A DNA stretch of 64,000 nt, taken from Eledone cirrhosa. Taxonomy: Eukaryota. The stretch spans positions 285,634,001 through 285,698,000 of the forward strand of contig OZ024740.1 of NCBI GenBank assembly GCA_964016885.1. The letters run 5' to 3'. Made by a program: the position numbers and the translations under genes. The notes under the pieces were generated by a model that worked only from the letters and a program-made list of their open reading frames with translations, did not search any database and had not been told where the DNA came from. Shown piece by piece: positions 11,341 through 27,087 of the stretch; the first letter of the stretch is position 1, and each line of letters opens with the position of its first letter.

Positions 11341-13921
11341 GTAAAACTTAACTTTTGTTTCTGTTTTATTTTTCAGAGTAGTGCTTGATTTACTGTATTT
11401 TATCATGTATAATACTAGAAATTTGAAATCAAAATGAAGGGTCGATCACCGTTTAACGTCTATTTTTCCACACTAGCATGGGTTAGATGAGTTGCCCCAT
11501 TGTGAGACAAACCAGGACAGATGACTCTCTTGCTCACACAAAATAGATTCTGACTTGGTATCTATGGCTGGATGCTCGTCCTAACACCAACCACATTTAC
11601 AAAATGGACTGGGTGCTTTTTGTCATGGCACCTACACAACCACTTTACAGTGTGGGCTGGGCGGTTTTTGTTGTGTGACTAACACGGCTACTTTATAGTG
11701 TGGGCTGGGCGCTTTTTGTTGTGTCGCCAACACGACCACTTTAGAGTGGGCTGAGTGCTTTTTGCCGGGACATATTTTCAGAAATTTGTACCAAGTTTTA
11801 AAATACTGATTTCAGATGGCAAGAGAGCAAATACACATTGATAACAAATGGTATTGTAACCTACCAAGGTCAACTTTACCTTTCATTCTTTCAGGGTCAA
11901 TAAATAAAGTACTAGGGTTGATTCATCCTCTATACCTCTTTCTCACTTCCCTTCATTCATTCTCTCTCTCTCTGTGGAAGAAATTGGTTGTGTTCAGACC
12001 CAGATAGGGGGTGGGCACCACCTGCTTAAATGCCTAAGACAGGAGTTATGGGTCCATGACATTGATGGAACAAATGTTATTTGATATAATGGCAATATTT
12101 ATTATTTGAGAATCAGTGTAATTGAGTCATTTGTTTTAAAGACAGGAAATTGATGCATTTAAAAAAAATTAAATTCAATAATTAGACAAAGAGAAGTATT
12201 TTCTTTTTCACTTGTTTAGTTTAAACTTGCTAAATTTGATCTTTCCTGCATATTTGATTTCCATCTTCTAAGTTCTATAGCTGTGTATGGTTTTAAAGTC
12301 AGATATGTATTTATCTAAATTTAAAAACCTTTGTTACTTTTTCTGTAAAGCGGCGATTTGGCAGTCATTAGAGTGTCAGAAAAGATGCCTTACGATATTT
12401 GTTCTGGCTCTCTGTGTTTTGAGTTTGCCTTTCCTTCTTTAGGAAACATTTTTTCACGCTCAGAGTTGCTGAAACATGAAACAAACCACCTGCATCAGTT
12501 GTTAGCTGTCGGGACACTGCATTCTTCAAAACTTCCATGCTTCCCAAAATTCGCCTACACTAGACCTGATATTCCCTCTTAATACACATCTACGCATATA
12601 TCTGTGTGTATATCATGACTCATACACTGTTCACTTTCCTAACATTTGTACATTATTCTATGTACGATACATGCATCTTTGATGCATTGTAGTGCACTTA
12701 AGTACTGTACACAACAATTTTCATTATATCAAAGGATGGTGGATTTGGAAAATTGTTAGAACTCTAGATAGGGTGCCTTGCAGAATCACTTTACATTCCG
12801 AGTTCACTTGCAATGACACTGATGTAAAGCAGTGTTAGCCCTTACCTTTTCCTTGGACAACATCATTGATATGGAAGAGGGAAACTTGCATGCTGGTCTC
12901 CCACAAAATAACTTACCCTGGCCTGTGCCCTGAAGAGGAACTTTTCAGATGCAGATTCATAGTCTCAGGAAACATGTGGCGTTGAATACTTTTTTGTTAT
13001 ATTGTAACTGCAAATTGCACATTTATATTAAAGAATATGAGGTTTATACATTTGAGCTCATTATCTGAACTTGTAACACTGAAAAATAGGAATTCTTTTT
13101 TTTGATTTTGATTTTTGGTCAATATAGTCATTTGCATGGATTCTCTTTTACTGATTTCTATTATTAAACTGCAGCCATACCAAGGCCCTGCCTCAAAGGG
13201 ATTTAATCAATCATAATACTTATTTTTTAAAGTTTGGAATTTATTTCATCAATCTTTTTTTTAACAAGGCGTAAACACAAACACAGTCATAAATGCAAAC
13301 ACACACACCCCGCATGACATGCTTCTTCAGTTCTCACCTCCTAAATTTCACTCACAAGGCATTGGTCAGCCCGAGGCTGTAGTAGACAATTGCTCGAAGT
13401 ACCACACAGTGTGACTAAACTTGGAATCACAAGGTTACAAAGTGAACTTTAACCATACACCCATACCTACACCTATGTTTATTTTGAGCTTGAGAAATCA
13501 TTAACCCTTTAGCATTTATATTACTCTATATATACTATTGTATTTTCATGGCAAAGGCTTTACCTCACCAAATTATCTTGCATAATATCGAATCTATGAG
13601 ATTTTGATATTATTTATTTTGAGAAGAATACCTTAACATAAGTATGAGCAGCCAGTTATGGCTGGTTTCAACAGAAAGCGGTGAGAGAATTCTGGCCAGA
13701 TATGCCCGGTTAATGCTAAAGGCAGTCAGTTGGCAGCGCTGTTAGAACATTGGCTACAATGCATTGCAATATTTGTTCTGGTTCTCTGCGTTCTGTGTTC
13801 AAATGTTGCTGAGGTATACTTTACCTTTTATCCTTTCGGGGTTATAATGGAAGTAGCAGCCGAGTGCTGCACCCCTCTTTCCCTCTAGCTGTCATATCCT
13901 GGATCTTCAAGTGAGTTGGGT

Positions 13922-14147
13922 TTAACTCTTTAGCATTTAAATCGGCCGTATCTGGCCAGAATTCTCTCACCTCTTTCTGTTCAAACCGGCTGTAACTAGC
14001 CACTCATTCTTATGTTAAGGTATTGTTCTCAAAGTAAATTTCAAAATCTCGTAGATTCGATATTATGTGAGATAATTATATGAGGTAAAGCCTTTACCAT
14101 GAAAATATAATAGTAAATATAGAGCAATATAAATGCTAAAGAGTTAA
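13922..14147. mobile_element. piggyBac-like MITE (family A)
   Basis: TTAA|CTCTTTAGCATTTA ... TAAATGCTAAAGAG|TTAA. Confidence 0.9.
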
Positions 14148-14729
14148 AGGGTGCCAGTGTCTGCTTACAACTATATGGGCACTTAAAACTAGTAGCAAAG
14201 GCATAGTACATACTACCAAGTTGTCCTCGATTATAAGTGATGGCTTTAGTACTTTAGTTTAGAGGTGACAAAACATAATCTAAGCAGAATCTTTATGGTA
14301 TGATTGTTCTAATTATAGATGTACTTTGGGGGTTATTGTGACCACAAGCTAGCATATAAATGTTTTGTGTCAGAATAGCTGGACATTTTAATCAATTGAT
14401 GATAAATTATGAATTTTAGTTAGACACAATGGTAAGAAAGTAAGAGACAGTTACATTTGTAATCTTCTGCTCCAGAATTAAATCTTCTACTTGACAGTTA
14501 GACAAACACAACCATATATTTACTTTGTTAGTCATGTTGTCTTATATAGAAAATTATTTTAACCACTTGTTGATGATATTGATTTACTTTCATCTTGCAT
14601 CTTCTGTTGGATTATTTTAGAATACCATAAAGACTCTGCTTTGGCAGTTTGGTCTCTGTTGTTAGTTGAGTCATCATTGCCAAACCTAAGGCAAATGATC
14701 TGGAAACGTTTTTCTGTATACATACAGTA

Positions 14730-14780
<51 letters not shown>

Positions 14781-14813
14781 AAATATATTTACGGAAAAGC
14801 AGATATTAAATGG

Positions 14814-14846
<33 letters not shown>

Positions 14847-17800
14847 ATCTCCACACTGTAAATGGTTGGCATTAGGAAGGGCATCCAGCTGTAGAAACCA
14901 AGCCAGAAATGGTTCTGTGTGAGCAATACAGTATCATCTGATCTGACTTGTCTCACATTAAATAGTGATGATGATATATAATGTGAACGAATTTGATAGA
15001 TGGAAATTGTAAGGAAGCCTGTCATATATGTGTATATTTGTCACTTCTCTTTGCTTTCAACATAACAGGCAATGTTATTTGTTTATGTTCTATGTAAAGA
15101 GACTCTGTTTCTTAGCAGTTAGACCTGAGGAAGATCTGTATCTTATTTAAAAATAATAATGTTGGCAACAGGAAAGGCATTTGGATATAGAAGTCTGTCA
15201 AACTATGCCAGCGTAGAAAAACATGTAAAACTGATAGTGAATAAATATGTATGCACAACTTTAATTATTCCTACATTAAATTATATTGAAAGTTACTGTA
15301 TTTATCTGGTCTAAAAAATACACTATATCCCTGCATATACTAAAAGATGACTAAAAGAGTTGGTACCAAGAAAGGCATTCAGCCATAAAACATTGCTTTA
15401 AAAAAATGATGAGTATAAAGTCCGTCATGGGGCTTGCAAGGCTAACTTCAGTTTTAGCAGGCAAAATGACCTTAAAACATTTGTGTTGTATCATTGACTT
15501 GAAAGCTTTAATATGTTTATCTACACGTTTTTTTTTTTTGTGGGGGGGGGGGGGGGGGGGGGTAAAAGTTCAATCATAAATAAATTTGATCATCCAAAAA
15601 TTAAACAACCAACTTCTGATTTTTATAAGACAGGAAAATGAGTGTTCCATTTTTTATGTTGAAATTTATCTTAGAATTCTGTTCATGTTTTGGGCTATGA
15701 TTAAATAAATAAAAAAAATTCTCAAGATTTGGATCTCAAGATTTGGAGTCAATCATATATTTAGATTGAATTAGAAATCAGATTTTGGCAATTTTGGTGA
15801 ATTCTCCATCAGTCTCAAGAACAATAAGAAATATTTAGTTTTTTGACCAACTGAATTTTTACTTATAAAATTATGTGTAAAAGGCTGAATATTTCACAGA
15901 CATGTGTATGCAATTCTCAAACTGAATCAGTTGGACACAACGATACAAGGCTGGATACTTGAATTACAGGTACATTTAGAGGAGAAAAGAAGAATTGATC
16001 TCAGCACTAGACTGCTACTTTAAAAGGAATGAAAGGTGAAATTGATCTGGGCAGGTTTTAAAAGAGTGCAGAAAGCTGGAATGAATATTGTAAAGTATTC
16101 TATCTGATATTCAGCCAATTTGCTGCTTTTCGTTTTGTAAGAGCAATTTTATACAATCTGAGAAATGCTTCCCATAATAATTATGTCCTTGAAAAACAGA
16201 AAGCTAGGCACAAAGCAGAGAAAGAGAGAGAGGATATTTTATCTTATATATCATATCTGAGCTTATATATTACAGTGTTGTTGCTCTTCTTGATATGAAT
16301 TATGCCTCTAATATCTATTTTGCATATTTCTTAGAAGTTTTAAATAGTAAAAATGTAATATATATTAAATCAATATATTTTTTAATGAATTTAGATACTA
16401 AAATTACTTAAAATGTCTACATGAACTCATTTTTCTTATACTGAACACTGCTGATTGGGAAACTTTAAAAAAATCTTTGTATAAGTTAATGAGGGGAGGA
16501 GGGGCAGTGCACATGATCTTTTCCAACCTACCCAATTTTGTGATGTACAACCTGAACTTTTTCAAGTCAATATCAGCTGGAAGAAATGTGGGTGATGAAA
16601 GAACTCCATAAAAGGCACTCAAAACCAGATGGTAGTGTTAAACTGGGTGGAATGTTAGAGGCATACAAGGATCAGATGGTGATGTTAAACTGAGTTCTGC
16701 AGTTACATTATATAAATGACTTGATTTGGAGATGAATGACTTGCATTTCTAACTTAAAGTTGGTATTAATTGTCATCTTCTCACAGTTTTCTCTTCCAGA
16801 AAAAATAAAATGAATAACCATGTGAATTTAACACAGTCCAGTTGTATATTAACTTTTTAGTTATATTTGAATCACAAGTCATTGTTATTGCATGACTAAC
16901 AATAAATGTATTTTTTAAAATTTAGTGTATAACTTCTACAGACATACACATAAATAAACATACACTTTTCTATTATTTTCAGCCTGTAGTATTTCTTAAT
17001 TCTACTTGCAGTTTTCCTTTAACCCTTTAGCATTTAAACCAACTGTATCCGGCCAGAATTCTCTCACCTCTTTCTGTTCAAGCTGGCTGTAACCGGCCAC
17101 TCATATTGATGTTAAGATTTTTTTTATATATATGTCACCTTTATACAAGCATGTCACTTACAAATCTTCAGGAGAGACTTTACACACTTCTTTAACAGGA
17201 AATTGCTACAGAACTTCGTTTAAGAAGCTGTAATGCAGATTAGCATCCTAGATAATAGATGAATCACTACCTCCTTATGGACATATGTGTTGAGAAAATC
17301 AATTGAGCAGTGAACAAAATGCTAGGCAATATTTTGAGTCGAAATCCTACATTTCATCCTTTCAGTGTTGATAAAATAAGTACCAGTAATATACTGAAAT
17401 CAATCTACTCAACTGTTTTCTTCTCAAAAGTTTTAGCTTCATGTCTATGTTACATATCAATATTTGAATGTGTCATAATTTTTATTTATATGAATTGAAA
17501 TAAATTAATATTTTTATTCATTAGCAAAGGATATATATTAGCTTAATTGCTAGTGTTGAGTAGTAACCCTGGCTAATTTTATTCAAGTGGTACTATAGTA
17601 GGGCAGTAATAGAATGAATGTTTAGAAGCAACCAACAAACATACAATGACTTCCCTCAGATATGTTCTACTTTTAGCACTGTCAGTGTATATACAATATA
17701 TACAGTGGTTACTTCTATGACGTGTTGCGGCAGTCAGAACATTTTACTGTCAAAGTCTGACTGTAAAATATACAAATAAAAGCAATCTGTTGCTTTCACA

Positions 17801-20800
17801 TTATTTTATAGTTAAAGCTGTATTTCCATGTGTTATATCTTGAAGCAGACTGAGAAGATAGCATAGATTGGTGGTTCTGAATATAGGGTGCATTCCCCAC
17901 AGGATTAGTGTGGGGTGGGGGATATTTTGAGAGACAATTAGACAATTACAAAATGCAAGAAAAATTTATTTTCATTTAGGTGTGTAAATTTAAAAAGGTA
18001 TGATTCGTTAAACTTTGATGGTGGTGGTGGGGGCATTCAAAGTTTTATATTATACATTTTACACACCAAACATATTTTTATATTGGTGGTGGGGTAATTT
18101 TTTGAGGCGTCGTGGTGGGGCATAGGTGTAATTCTTACCTGTATAGACTAATCAAAATATCAGGTGTATGTTTTTTTATATATAAAAAATACATCAGGCA
18201 ATAATTTAATATGTTTATAGAATTTTGTCTAAGTTATAACTCTTTTTAGTTTTTTATGTACAAATTAAAAATTAAAAAAATTGAACTCAATTGACAAAAT
18301 TATTATGAAATATAAAAGGTGACCTAAAACTAATTTCTTAATGGTACAGGAAAAATTGTTATATTTAAGTCTAAAATAGGTATGTTTTTATTTTATATTT
18401 GATAATTAGAAATTACTTGAATTAAAATATGATAATGAAGCTGTAAAAGCATGGTTAGGGTGCTGGGCTCATGATCGTAAAGTTGTGAGTTTGATTCCCA
18501 GATTAGGTTGTGTGTCATTGATATTTTATTTCAAATTGTCCAATCAGGTGGGGAATAAATGAGTTGTGACTACACTGGTATGAAGTTGTGCCAGCATTTG
18601 TCTTTTCTTTGGACAATATCAGTGTTGTTGAGAAGGGACACTTGCACACACAGGTAACTGCTGGGCTTCCACAATACACTTTGCCTATACTTGTATATCA
18701 GAGATGCAAACCCATGATCACTCATGACCAAAGAGGGTCCATTTCCAAATGAAAATGCTCAAAATACTGTTTCGGGCTCGATTTCAAATACCTTTTTATT
18801 TTGTATTAGGGTTAACTTTTCCTGGAAATCATTAAATTTGACCTATAAATTCCTACTTTGGAATAACGACATTATGGGATCAGACTTATTCACTCACATA
18901 TGGTTTCTCTTTAAACTATATAATCCCTAGTAAATCAAAGTTTTGCGAATTAATAGATTAAATCTTTATTTTTATTTTCTGTCTCCACCCTCTTCCAATG
19001 TGAAAAGCATTATGAGAGAAATTCATATTTTATTTGGTGTAATTTATCTAATTGATATGAATACTTAGTCATGCTTCAATAAAGTTAGATTTTTAATAAA
19101 ATTTGGTATCATTGTAATAAGGGTTAAATCAAAGAGTTAAAATAGCTAATCAATGAAAATTTCAAAGTATAAATTTCCCAGCATAGTGAAAATTTTGTTG
19201 GTAAAATAAGTAACAATTTGTGTCATTTTAAATTATAGTTCTGAAGAATTTAATTCAATTTTTTTCTAATTATTGAATCTGGGAAAGCATAATATGTATA
19301 ATCTTTCCAAGCTGACATTTTCAGGATTTCAACATTTAGGGTTATGATTTCAACATTTAGGGTTTTTCAGGTTTATGATCTCACCTGTATGCATATATCT
19401 GTCCGTCTGTCTATCCTGTCTGTGTATGTGTGAACATACATATTTATTTACCTTGTTCTTTTGATATTTGAGATACTGAATGAAATAGTGTATATAAAAT
19501 TTAGATATATCCTTGAATTGTTCTTGTCTATCTGAGAACAGGTGTTGAAACTGAAACAATTACTGCATGGAAATATCATTTTAGTCATTTAACCACCCCC
19601 CCCCCCCCCCCCCCAACTGTTAACTTTACTCTATATATATATATATTACATTTATTTTTTGGTGTTCTGTTTCTTTGCACTGTTTGAGATCTGATCACTG
19701 GTACACTTTCTCTATCACTGATCAAGATATAGACAGCATGACAAAAATGTTACATAAAGTTAATTTTTGTTTGTTTTTAAATTACTAAAATGACTCTTGC
19801 ATGCAGCAGTTGTTTTATCTATATCCATTACATTAAATTACAACTGCTACATATTATATTGCTGAAGAAGCCTAACCCTTATAATTCCAACTTGGTCAAA
19901 ACTGGCTCTGTGAAACAAAACCATCCATTTTTAAGGCTTCCTATTTGAATTGAAATCTTCCAGCATAATTTTAAAGAACCACCATATATAAAGTTATTAT
20001 TTCAGTAATGAAATAATTGACAATTTAGTAATTAATAAATTTAGTAAATCCTTCAAAATGCCTCATTAATTAATTAATTGAAATAGTGTACTTTGTTACA
20101 AATAAAGCTACAAAAAGGTTTGATCTGCTAAAAATAGCCACCAAACTGCACTTAAATCACTCTACCATATTGAAAACAATAACATGTTGGACAATGTATT
20201 TTTAGATATACAAAAGACAAGATGGTCATGGCTTGAACACCTTTAGTCACAGAATTGTTCAATCAGGACTGAATTGGGGACTAAACAACAACTACAACAA
20301 CAAAGTTTGTTAGATTTGTCATGAACCGATGTTTAATTCTTAATATTTAAAATTGTTGCAGCCTGAAATAGAAATTATTGAAGATTGCATTTACTGCATT
20401 TTTTTGTTTTTAGTCTGTTGTGATAAACTTAGTTTGACAGCTGTCTGACTTTTGCTGTCTTAAGCCAACAAGTATACTTTCTTGATAATCATTTATGAAT
20501 CCTAAATGTTAACAGAATTGTTGTTTGAAAGTAACCTGGCATGTTTGACAAGCTGAAATCAGTTTTCAGTGATAGAAGTAAAGGTTTCTCCTGTTAATCC
20601 ACCATGCCAAAACTCCACATAGATAATTTTCTGATGAGTGAAGAATGAGTAATAAGTAATTGCTTTAAAAGAAAAAAAAAATTTTTTTTAGAGAGATTTT
20701 ATGAATATTCACTGTGTAACTGTAGATTTTTGCTGGCAGGAGGTGTAAGAGAAACTGAACATATTGTATACCTCTAGTTATTTGTTGGCAATTCTTTGTG

Positions 20801-23800
20801 GTGAAGACATATGGTTTAGTGGTTAGGCTGTTAGGCTCATATTCACCAATGATCAATATAAACTGAAGTTAATGGTTTCTGTGTGTTTTTGAAGGGCTCA
20901 AATGCCTCTTCCTGTAATTACTTTAGTTTTAACACGCAATCTCAGATCAAGTCACTTGCCAAAGAGTAACTCTGAAATCAAAAATGTCATGTTAAGTAAA
21001 TGTTTACTTCAGAATATCTATGCACTCAAGAAGACTATTGATGTTGCAGCTGTTTCTGTGTGTATGCGTTCCTTATGCTTGTCTGGGCTGAGTGGGAGCA
21101 ATGGCATTTTCAATATATTATTGCACAAGTAGAAATGCTCCAGACTATTGCATGAGTGTACATATCTGGGGATAGTTTTTCATGTAGTGGCAATGACTTT
21201 ATTGGTGGTGGTTTGAAGCGTGAATTTAAAATGATAGAGGTCAAGAAAAATATAAATATTTTGATAAAATTGTGTACTGACCACTCTATATATATTATTA
21301 TATTTTCACAGTAATTATCTCACATAATATCGAATCTATGAGATTTTGATATTATTTATTTTGAGAACAATACCTTAACATCTGTATGAGTGGCCAGTTA
21401 CAGCCAGTTGGAACAGAAAGAGGTGAGAGAATTCTGGCCGGGTATGGCCGGTTTAAATGCTAAAAGGTTAAATATGTGACTAAATTTTTTTACAATATCA
21501 ATTTTGAAGCCTTATTGCATGGATTAACCGTTTATGTTCATATTTCTAACAAGAATATACTGCTTTTCTGTTTTAATGATGAGAATAATGAACAACTATG
21601 AGAAATTTAGTGAAATAACTTTCAACTTTATAATAAAAGAAAAATATTTTACTGAAATCTAATACTATCTGGTATGTACGTGGGTTTGCTGAAAAGTTCA
21701 TAGGCTGACCGAGATACTCTTATGGCATGACCAAATTAGGTTTTTTTTCAAGATAGGCTTTAGAAAGAAACAATACAGTTATTAATAAGAAGAGTTGAAA
21801 TTAATGCATGCAAGCTCTAGCATCACTCCTTCATAGGCAATCTATGAACTTTTCAGCCGACCCTCATAGTAATGAGATTTCAATCCGAGTTTGAAATATG
21901 TTTAAACACTTTAATTGAGGCAGTTTTTGGTGGGTTGGTATTTAAAGGGTTAAAATAGTCGGTGACATCTTAAAAGATTTATCACATGTTCAGATTTTCT
22001 GGTTTTGACATTTTTTAAAAAATTAACACAAAGGAATATTTTGTTAAATAATTAATTCTGTCATTGACAGTTCCTGAAAAATATAGTTTAAAAGAATAAA
22101 AATATATCATTACATCACTTTGTTGCTGCTGTTATTGTGTTTATAACATTTGCATTATTCTTCCTTTTCAAGTTTGTTATATTTTCCTTGGACATTAAAA
22201 TAGGTGGTGACTAAAAGGGTTGATGTCAGGAAGGACCCTTGACTGTAAATCATAACCTCAAAAAGGACCCTATGATGAGTATGATTAAGCCAGTTATGGG
22301 GTTTGGAAGGCTAGCCTCTACTTTAAGAGGAGAAATAGTTTCAAAATGCTTGTTATATTTTGTTCAAAATTCAAGATAGAAAGATATAATTGATGAGACT
22401 CTTTTGGGGCTGGATGAGATTTCTGAGGCAATATTTTATGGTTTGATGCTCTCTCTGATGTCAAGCACTTATTCCACTGGTCTTCACATTTTCACAACTT
22501 GTGAGCTGTGATATTGTTTATGCAGTGTCAATGAGAAGATACACAGGAGACACGTGCGTGCATGCGTGCGTGCGTGTGTGTGTGTGTTTGTGTTGGATCT
22601 CTGTTGGCCTGACACCAAGTGTTCCAGTTGCTTGATAAATGGAACAGTCTGCCCATGATATTGATATGCAGACACATGTGCTTTTAACATAAATCTCAGA
22701 GATTCAGTGTGATACAATGTGTGACATGGTCAGCTTTTTTAGTTAGAGGTACAACTCATTTTTTCCAGCTGAGTGATCTCAGTTGGAATAAGTGTCTTGC
22801 TCAAGGATGTGATGCCCCACCAGGAATCAAACTCATGACGTTACTATTGTAAGTCAAACGTCCTAATCACTATGCTATGCACTTTCACATTTATATGACA
22901 GGCCTTCTCACAGTTTCCACTTAAGAAATTTCACTCACAAGACATTTATCAGCCTGAAGTTATATTAGAAAATACTTGCATATGGTGCTATACAGTGGAA
23001 TCAAACCTGAAACCATTTGGTTGTAAACCAAACTTTATAACCACAAAGCTATGCCTATGCCTTATTATATGAAGTAAAAATGCACACAGTAAATTCTGTA
23101 AAGTGGTAATGCTGGTGCCACCCAAAACGTTCTGTAAGATGTTTGCTGTTAGGAAGGGCAACCAACCATAGAAAACATGCCAAATATGGGACATATGAGC
23201 AAGGTGAGTTCTCTCCAACCCATCTAGCCTGGGTCTGTGACAACCCATCCTGCCCACACCCGCTGGGATAATGAACACAAAATAATGGGGAGAAGGATGT
23301 AAATAAATGTATTTTAAGATGTTTTTGTGTTTTTCCTGAAGTATATTTTTAGGATTTTGATACTTGGGTTTTGTGGTTTATATAATATTTCGAGATTTTG
23401 GTAAAGGAGAGTAAACAGGATGTCTGAATGTCTGTAAGTTTGGCTAAGGTTGTCTGACATGGCAGAACAGGAATCTGATATTTTGAGACTGTCCCTTCTT
23501 TGCCTGAGAGAAAGAAAACATATTAAATTTAATTATGTATTAAATCTGGATTTAATTTGACAGAAATCTCTTTTTTTTTTCATTCTTGCTTATTGCAGGA
23601 CTTTCTTTCTGAAGCATTAAGAGAGAACTTTTTCTTAATAGTATAGAATATGATAATATATAAATGGATATATATATGTGTGTATATGTATATATATATA
23701 TATAGATATATAGATACATGCACATGTTTATGTTTGTATCTGTGTTTATGCCCCATAACTTAGATTGGAAAAATAAGTACTGGGGTCAATATGTTTGACC

Positions 23801-24044
23801 AAACCTCTTTAAGGTGGTGCTCCAGCATGGCCATAGTCTCATGACTGAAGCTGGTAAAAAAACAAAAGAATACTGGTTGATATAAGGCTGCATATGTGTA
23901 AGTAAAATATGGTACAGACAAGTAAATCAATCCAGTACATTATTAACCCTGGAGAAATCAAAGACAAAGAAAGAACTAAATACTACAGGGTCCTTCAATT
24001 TACCATCTCGTAAACACTCTACCATTTTCTTTTACTCAGCTACC

Positions 24045-24258
24045 TTAACCCATTAGCATTTAAACATGCTATAACTGGCCAGAATTCTCTCACTTCTTTC
24101 TGTTCAAACTGGCTGTAACGTGCCACTCATACTGATGTTAAGGTATTGTTCTCAAAATAAACGATATCAAAATCTCAGATTCAATATTATGTGAGATAAA
24201 ACTTTTACCGTGAAAATACAATAGTATATATAGAGTAAGGTAAATGCTAAAGGGTTAA
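24045..24258. mobile_element. piggyBac-like MITE (family A)
   Basis: TTAA|CCCATTAGCATTTA ... TAAATGCTAAAGGG|TTAA. Confidence 0.9.
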
Positions 24259-25509
24259 GTCTTCATTACAAATGTCTGATATTGTAAAAAGCAAGACAAA
24301 ATAAAAAGCAGCTTTATATATAGATAGATAGATATCATCATCATCATCGTTTAACGTCCATCTTCCATACTAGCATGGGTTGGTCAGTTTTGTCCCACTT
24401 GAGGTGAGATTGTTTGGGAGACCGTATCTCGCTTGTATTCATGGTACCTTGAGTGAGTGTCTTTACTATAGCTTCAGGTTGGCCAATTCCTTGTGTATGG
24501 AATTTGGTAGATAGAATCAGCAGAAGCCTGTCGTGTGTGTGTGTGCGCATGTGTGAGATCACATCTCTGTTTATGTTTACTGCTTGTATATGTCCCTTAA
24601 CTTAGTGGTTTGACAAAAAGAGATGGATAAAATAATTATCACATTTAAAACACTAAGTCAATATGATCAACTGATAAATTCTTTCATGGACTTGCTCCAG
24701 CATGGCTGCAATCTGACTGAAACCAGTAAAAGACAGTAGCTTTTTTTTTTATTTCATGACTTTAACATTTTATTCTTTAACACCATTAACCCTTTCCTGA
24801 TATATTTCACTGCCTATGATTTCCAAATAATTCTGAAAATAATCAAGAATTTGGAGAGATTTAATAAATAACAAACTTTCTCAATATTAGACTGGTGTTT
24901 AAAACATAACTTAACAAAGGTTCTTACATAAAATTATGATTGAAGGTTTTTAGATAATATAAACACTATACCTCCATCCACCCACTCCTGTCCACACCAC
25001 CCTTACACTGTGAACAAAACATATCCAACCCACACAAAAAGCACCCAGTACACACTGTAAGCATGGTTGGCATTAGGAAGGGCATCCAGCCATAGAAACC
25101 TAGCCAGAAACAGTCCTATATGAGTGAGACACAGTCACCTGACCCATCTAATCCATGCTAGCATGGAAAATGGATGTTAAACGATGATGTTCATGATAAA
25201 CACTTTAAAATTAATTGATTTGTTTCATAGAATCGGAGCTAGTTTTGGCAAGGTTAATATTAGTAGAGCTAAATTTTTGGCTTTATATTCTTGGTTTATT
25301 AATTTATTTCATCAAGGACAGTCGTAAAACCAAATAGAATTTCTGTTATATAGTACTGTATGTTCACTTTAGAAATGTGCTTAAATTAATAGGTCAAACC
25401 AACTGTGCAAATCTGGATTTAATTTGTCAAAAATCTTTTTCTTCTTTCCCTTACTTCAGGAATTTCTGAAACATTTCAGAAACATATCCATAGTACTGTG
25501 TGCAATGTA

Positions 25510-25805
25510 ATATACACACAGATACACAAACACATACAGATACACAAACACATACAGATACACACACACATACAGATACACACACACATACAGATACACA
25601 CACACACACACACAGACACACGCGCACACACGCACGCACGCACGCACGCACACAAACATGCACAGACATACAAACACACACAAACAAACCCACACGCTCA
25701 AACACATGCACAACCAAACCCACACCCATTGACACATACACAAAAACACATACACAAACATATATATAGACACATTCAGAAACACATACTCATACACACA
25801 CACAT
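25510..25805. repeat. Compound (CA)n-derived microsatellite / 18-bp minisatellite
   Basis: CAGATACACAAACACATA units grading into CA and CACG runs; explains the five overlapping spurious ORFs. Confidence 0.95.
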
Positions 25806-26867
25806 GTGTGTATGTGCATTAAAGAATATATTTGAGTTATAGGAAAGGTTTAACTCAGAATACATATTATCTTTGTGATTTCTTTTTTTTTACTTAAGGC
25901 AATGTATAATATGAAATTTGGCAGAACGCTGAATTTCCTTATAAATATAAATTGTTCTCTAATATAATTACTCAAATATTTATTAGAATAACATGTGGAG
26001 TCATCTTTTAGAAACTGATTAAGTTACATAAAATAGGGATAAAATATATTTCATATGAAGCATTATGAGATATGTGTTTATGATTGTTTTGGAAAAGCCA
26101 GTACAATGCAAACTAGATATACAAGAGTGAAACCCATAATTTAACTGTTATTATAGTTTATATAAAGTATTGTGAGATATGTGGTTATGCAAACAGAAAT
26201 ACAAGAATGAAAACTAGAGTAAATTATAGTAGAAAAAAACCAAAAAAAAGTAGTTTACACTTTTACTTTATATTTCATGATATTTTGAAGTTAGTGCCTC
26301 TTTTTCAAAAGAAAATATATGAAATGTGGTGTTGATGAATGGCACTGTAATGCTTTTCGCCAACACCATACACTATCTTTTTTTTCTTTTGAAAAAGTGG
26401 TTTTAACCTCAAAATATGAAATATATATAGTTTGTTTTGAATATATTGGTAATATGGAAAAAAAAGAGAAAAAAGATTATTGCATAAATCTACCTTAATT
26501 GCACTTTCTTTTAAATATATGTTACTCTTTAATGAAGATGCATAACTTAGTGATTAGGGTATTCAGCTCCTGATCATGGTGACTGTTGTCTTTGAGCAAG
26601 ACTCTTTATTTCCCATTGCTCTCGTCCACTCAACTAGCAAAAATGAGTTGTACTTGGGAATACATGTCTGTGGAATGCTCAGCCACTTGCATGTTAATTT
26701 CATAGGTAGGCTGTTCCATTGATCAAATTAACTCGAGCACTAATTGTCGAAACTGACAGAGGTCCAACACACACACATCATTTAGATTTTTTTCTTTTTC
26801 TTGAAGAATGTAAATTAAAACGTGTTGAAAATACAACCAATACTGGTATTTGGTTTACTATAGGTCT

Positions 26868-27087
26868 GTGGTAATAGGTCCAAGTATAAATGCAGGGCTT
26901 CAAAGCTGGTAATAGGCCTAGATGTAAACTGTTGGCCTCCAAAGCTGGTAATAGGCCCAGATGTAAACTGTCTGCTTCCAAAGCTGGTAATAGGTGCAGA
27001 TGTAAAATATAGGCCTCTAAATCTAGCAATAGGCCCAGATGTAAAAATGTAGGTTGCCAAAGCTGGTAAAAGGCCCAGATGTAAAAT
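26868..27087. repeat. 39-bp minisatellite, about 5.5 diverged copies
   Basis: Unit approximately CAAAGCTGGTAATAGGCCCAGATGTAAACTGTTGGCCTC. Confidence 0.9.

Noticed and set aside
25451-25842. Overlapping His/Thr- and Cys/Val-rich ORFs
   Set aside because: Translations of (CA)n-type microsatellite
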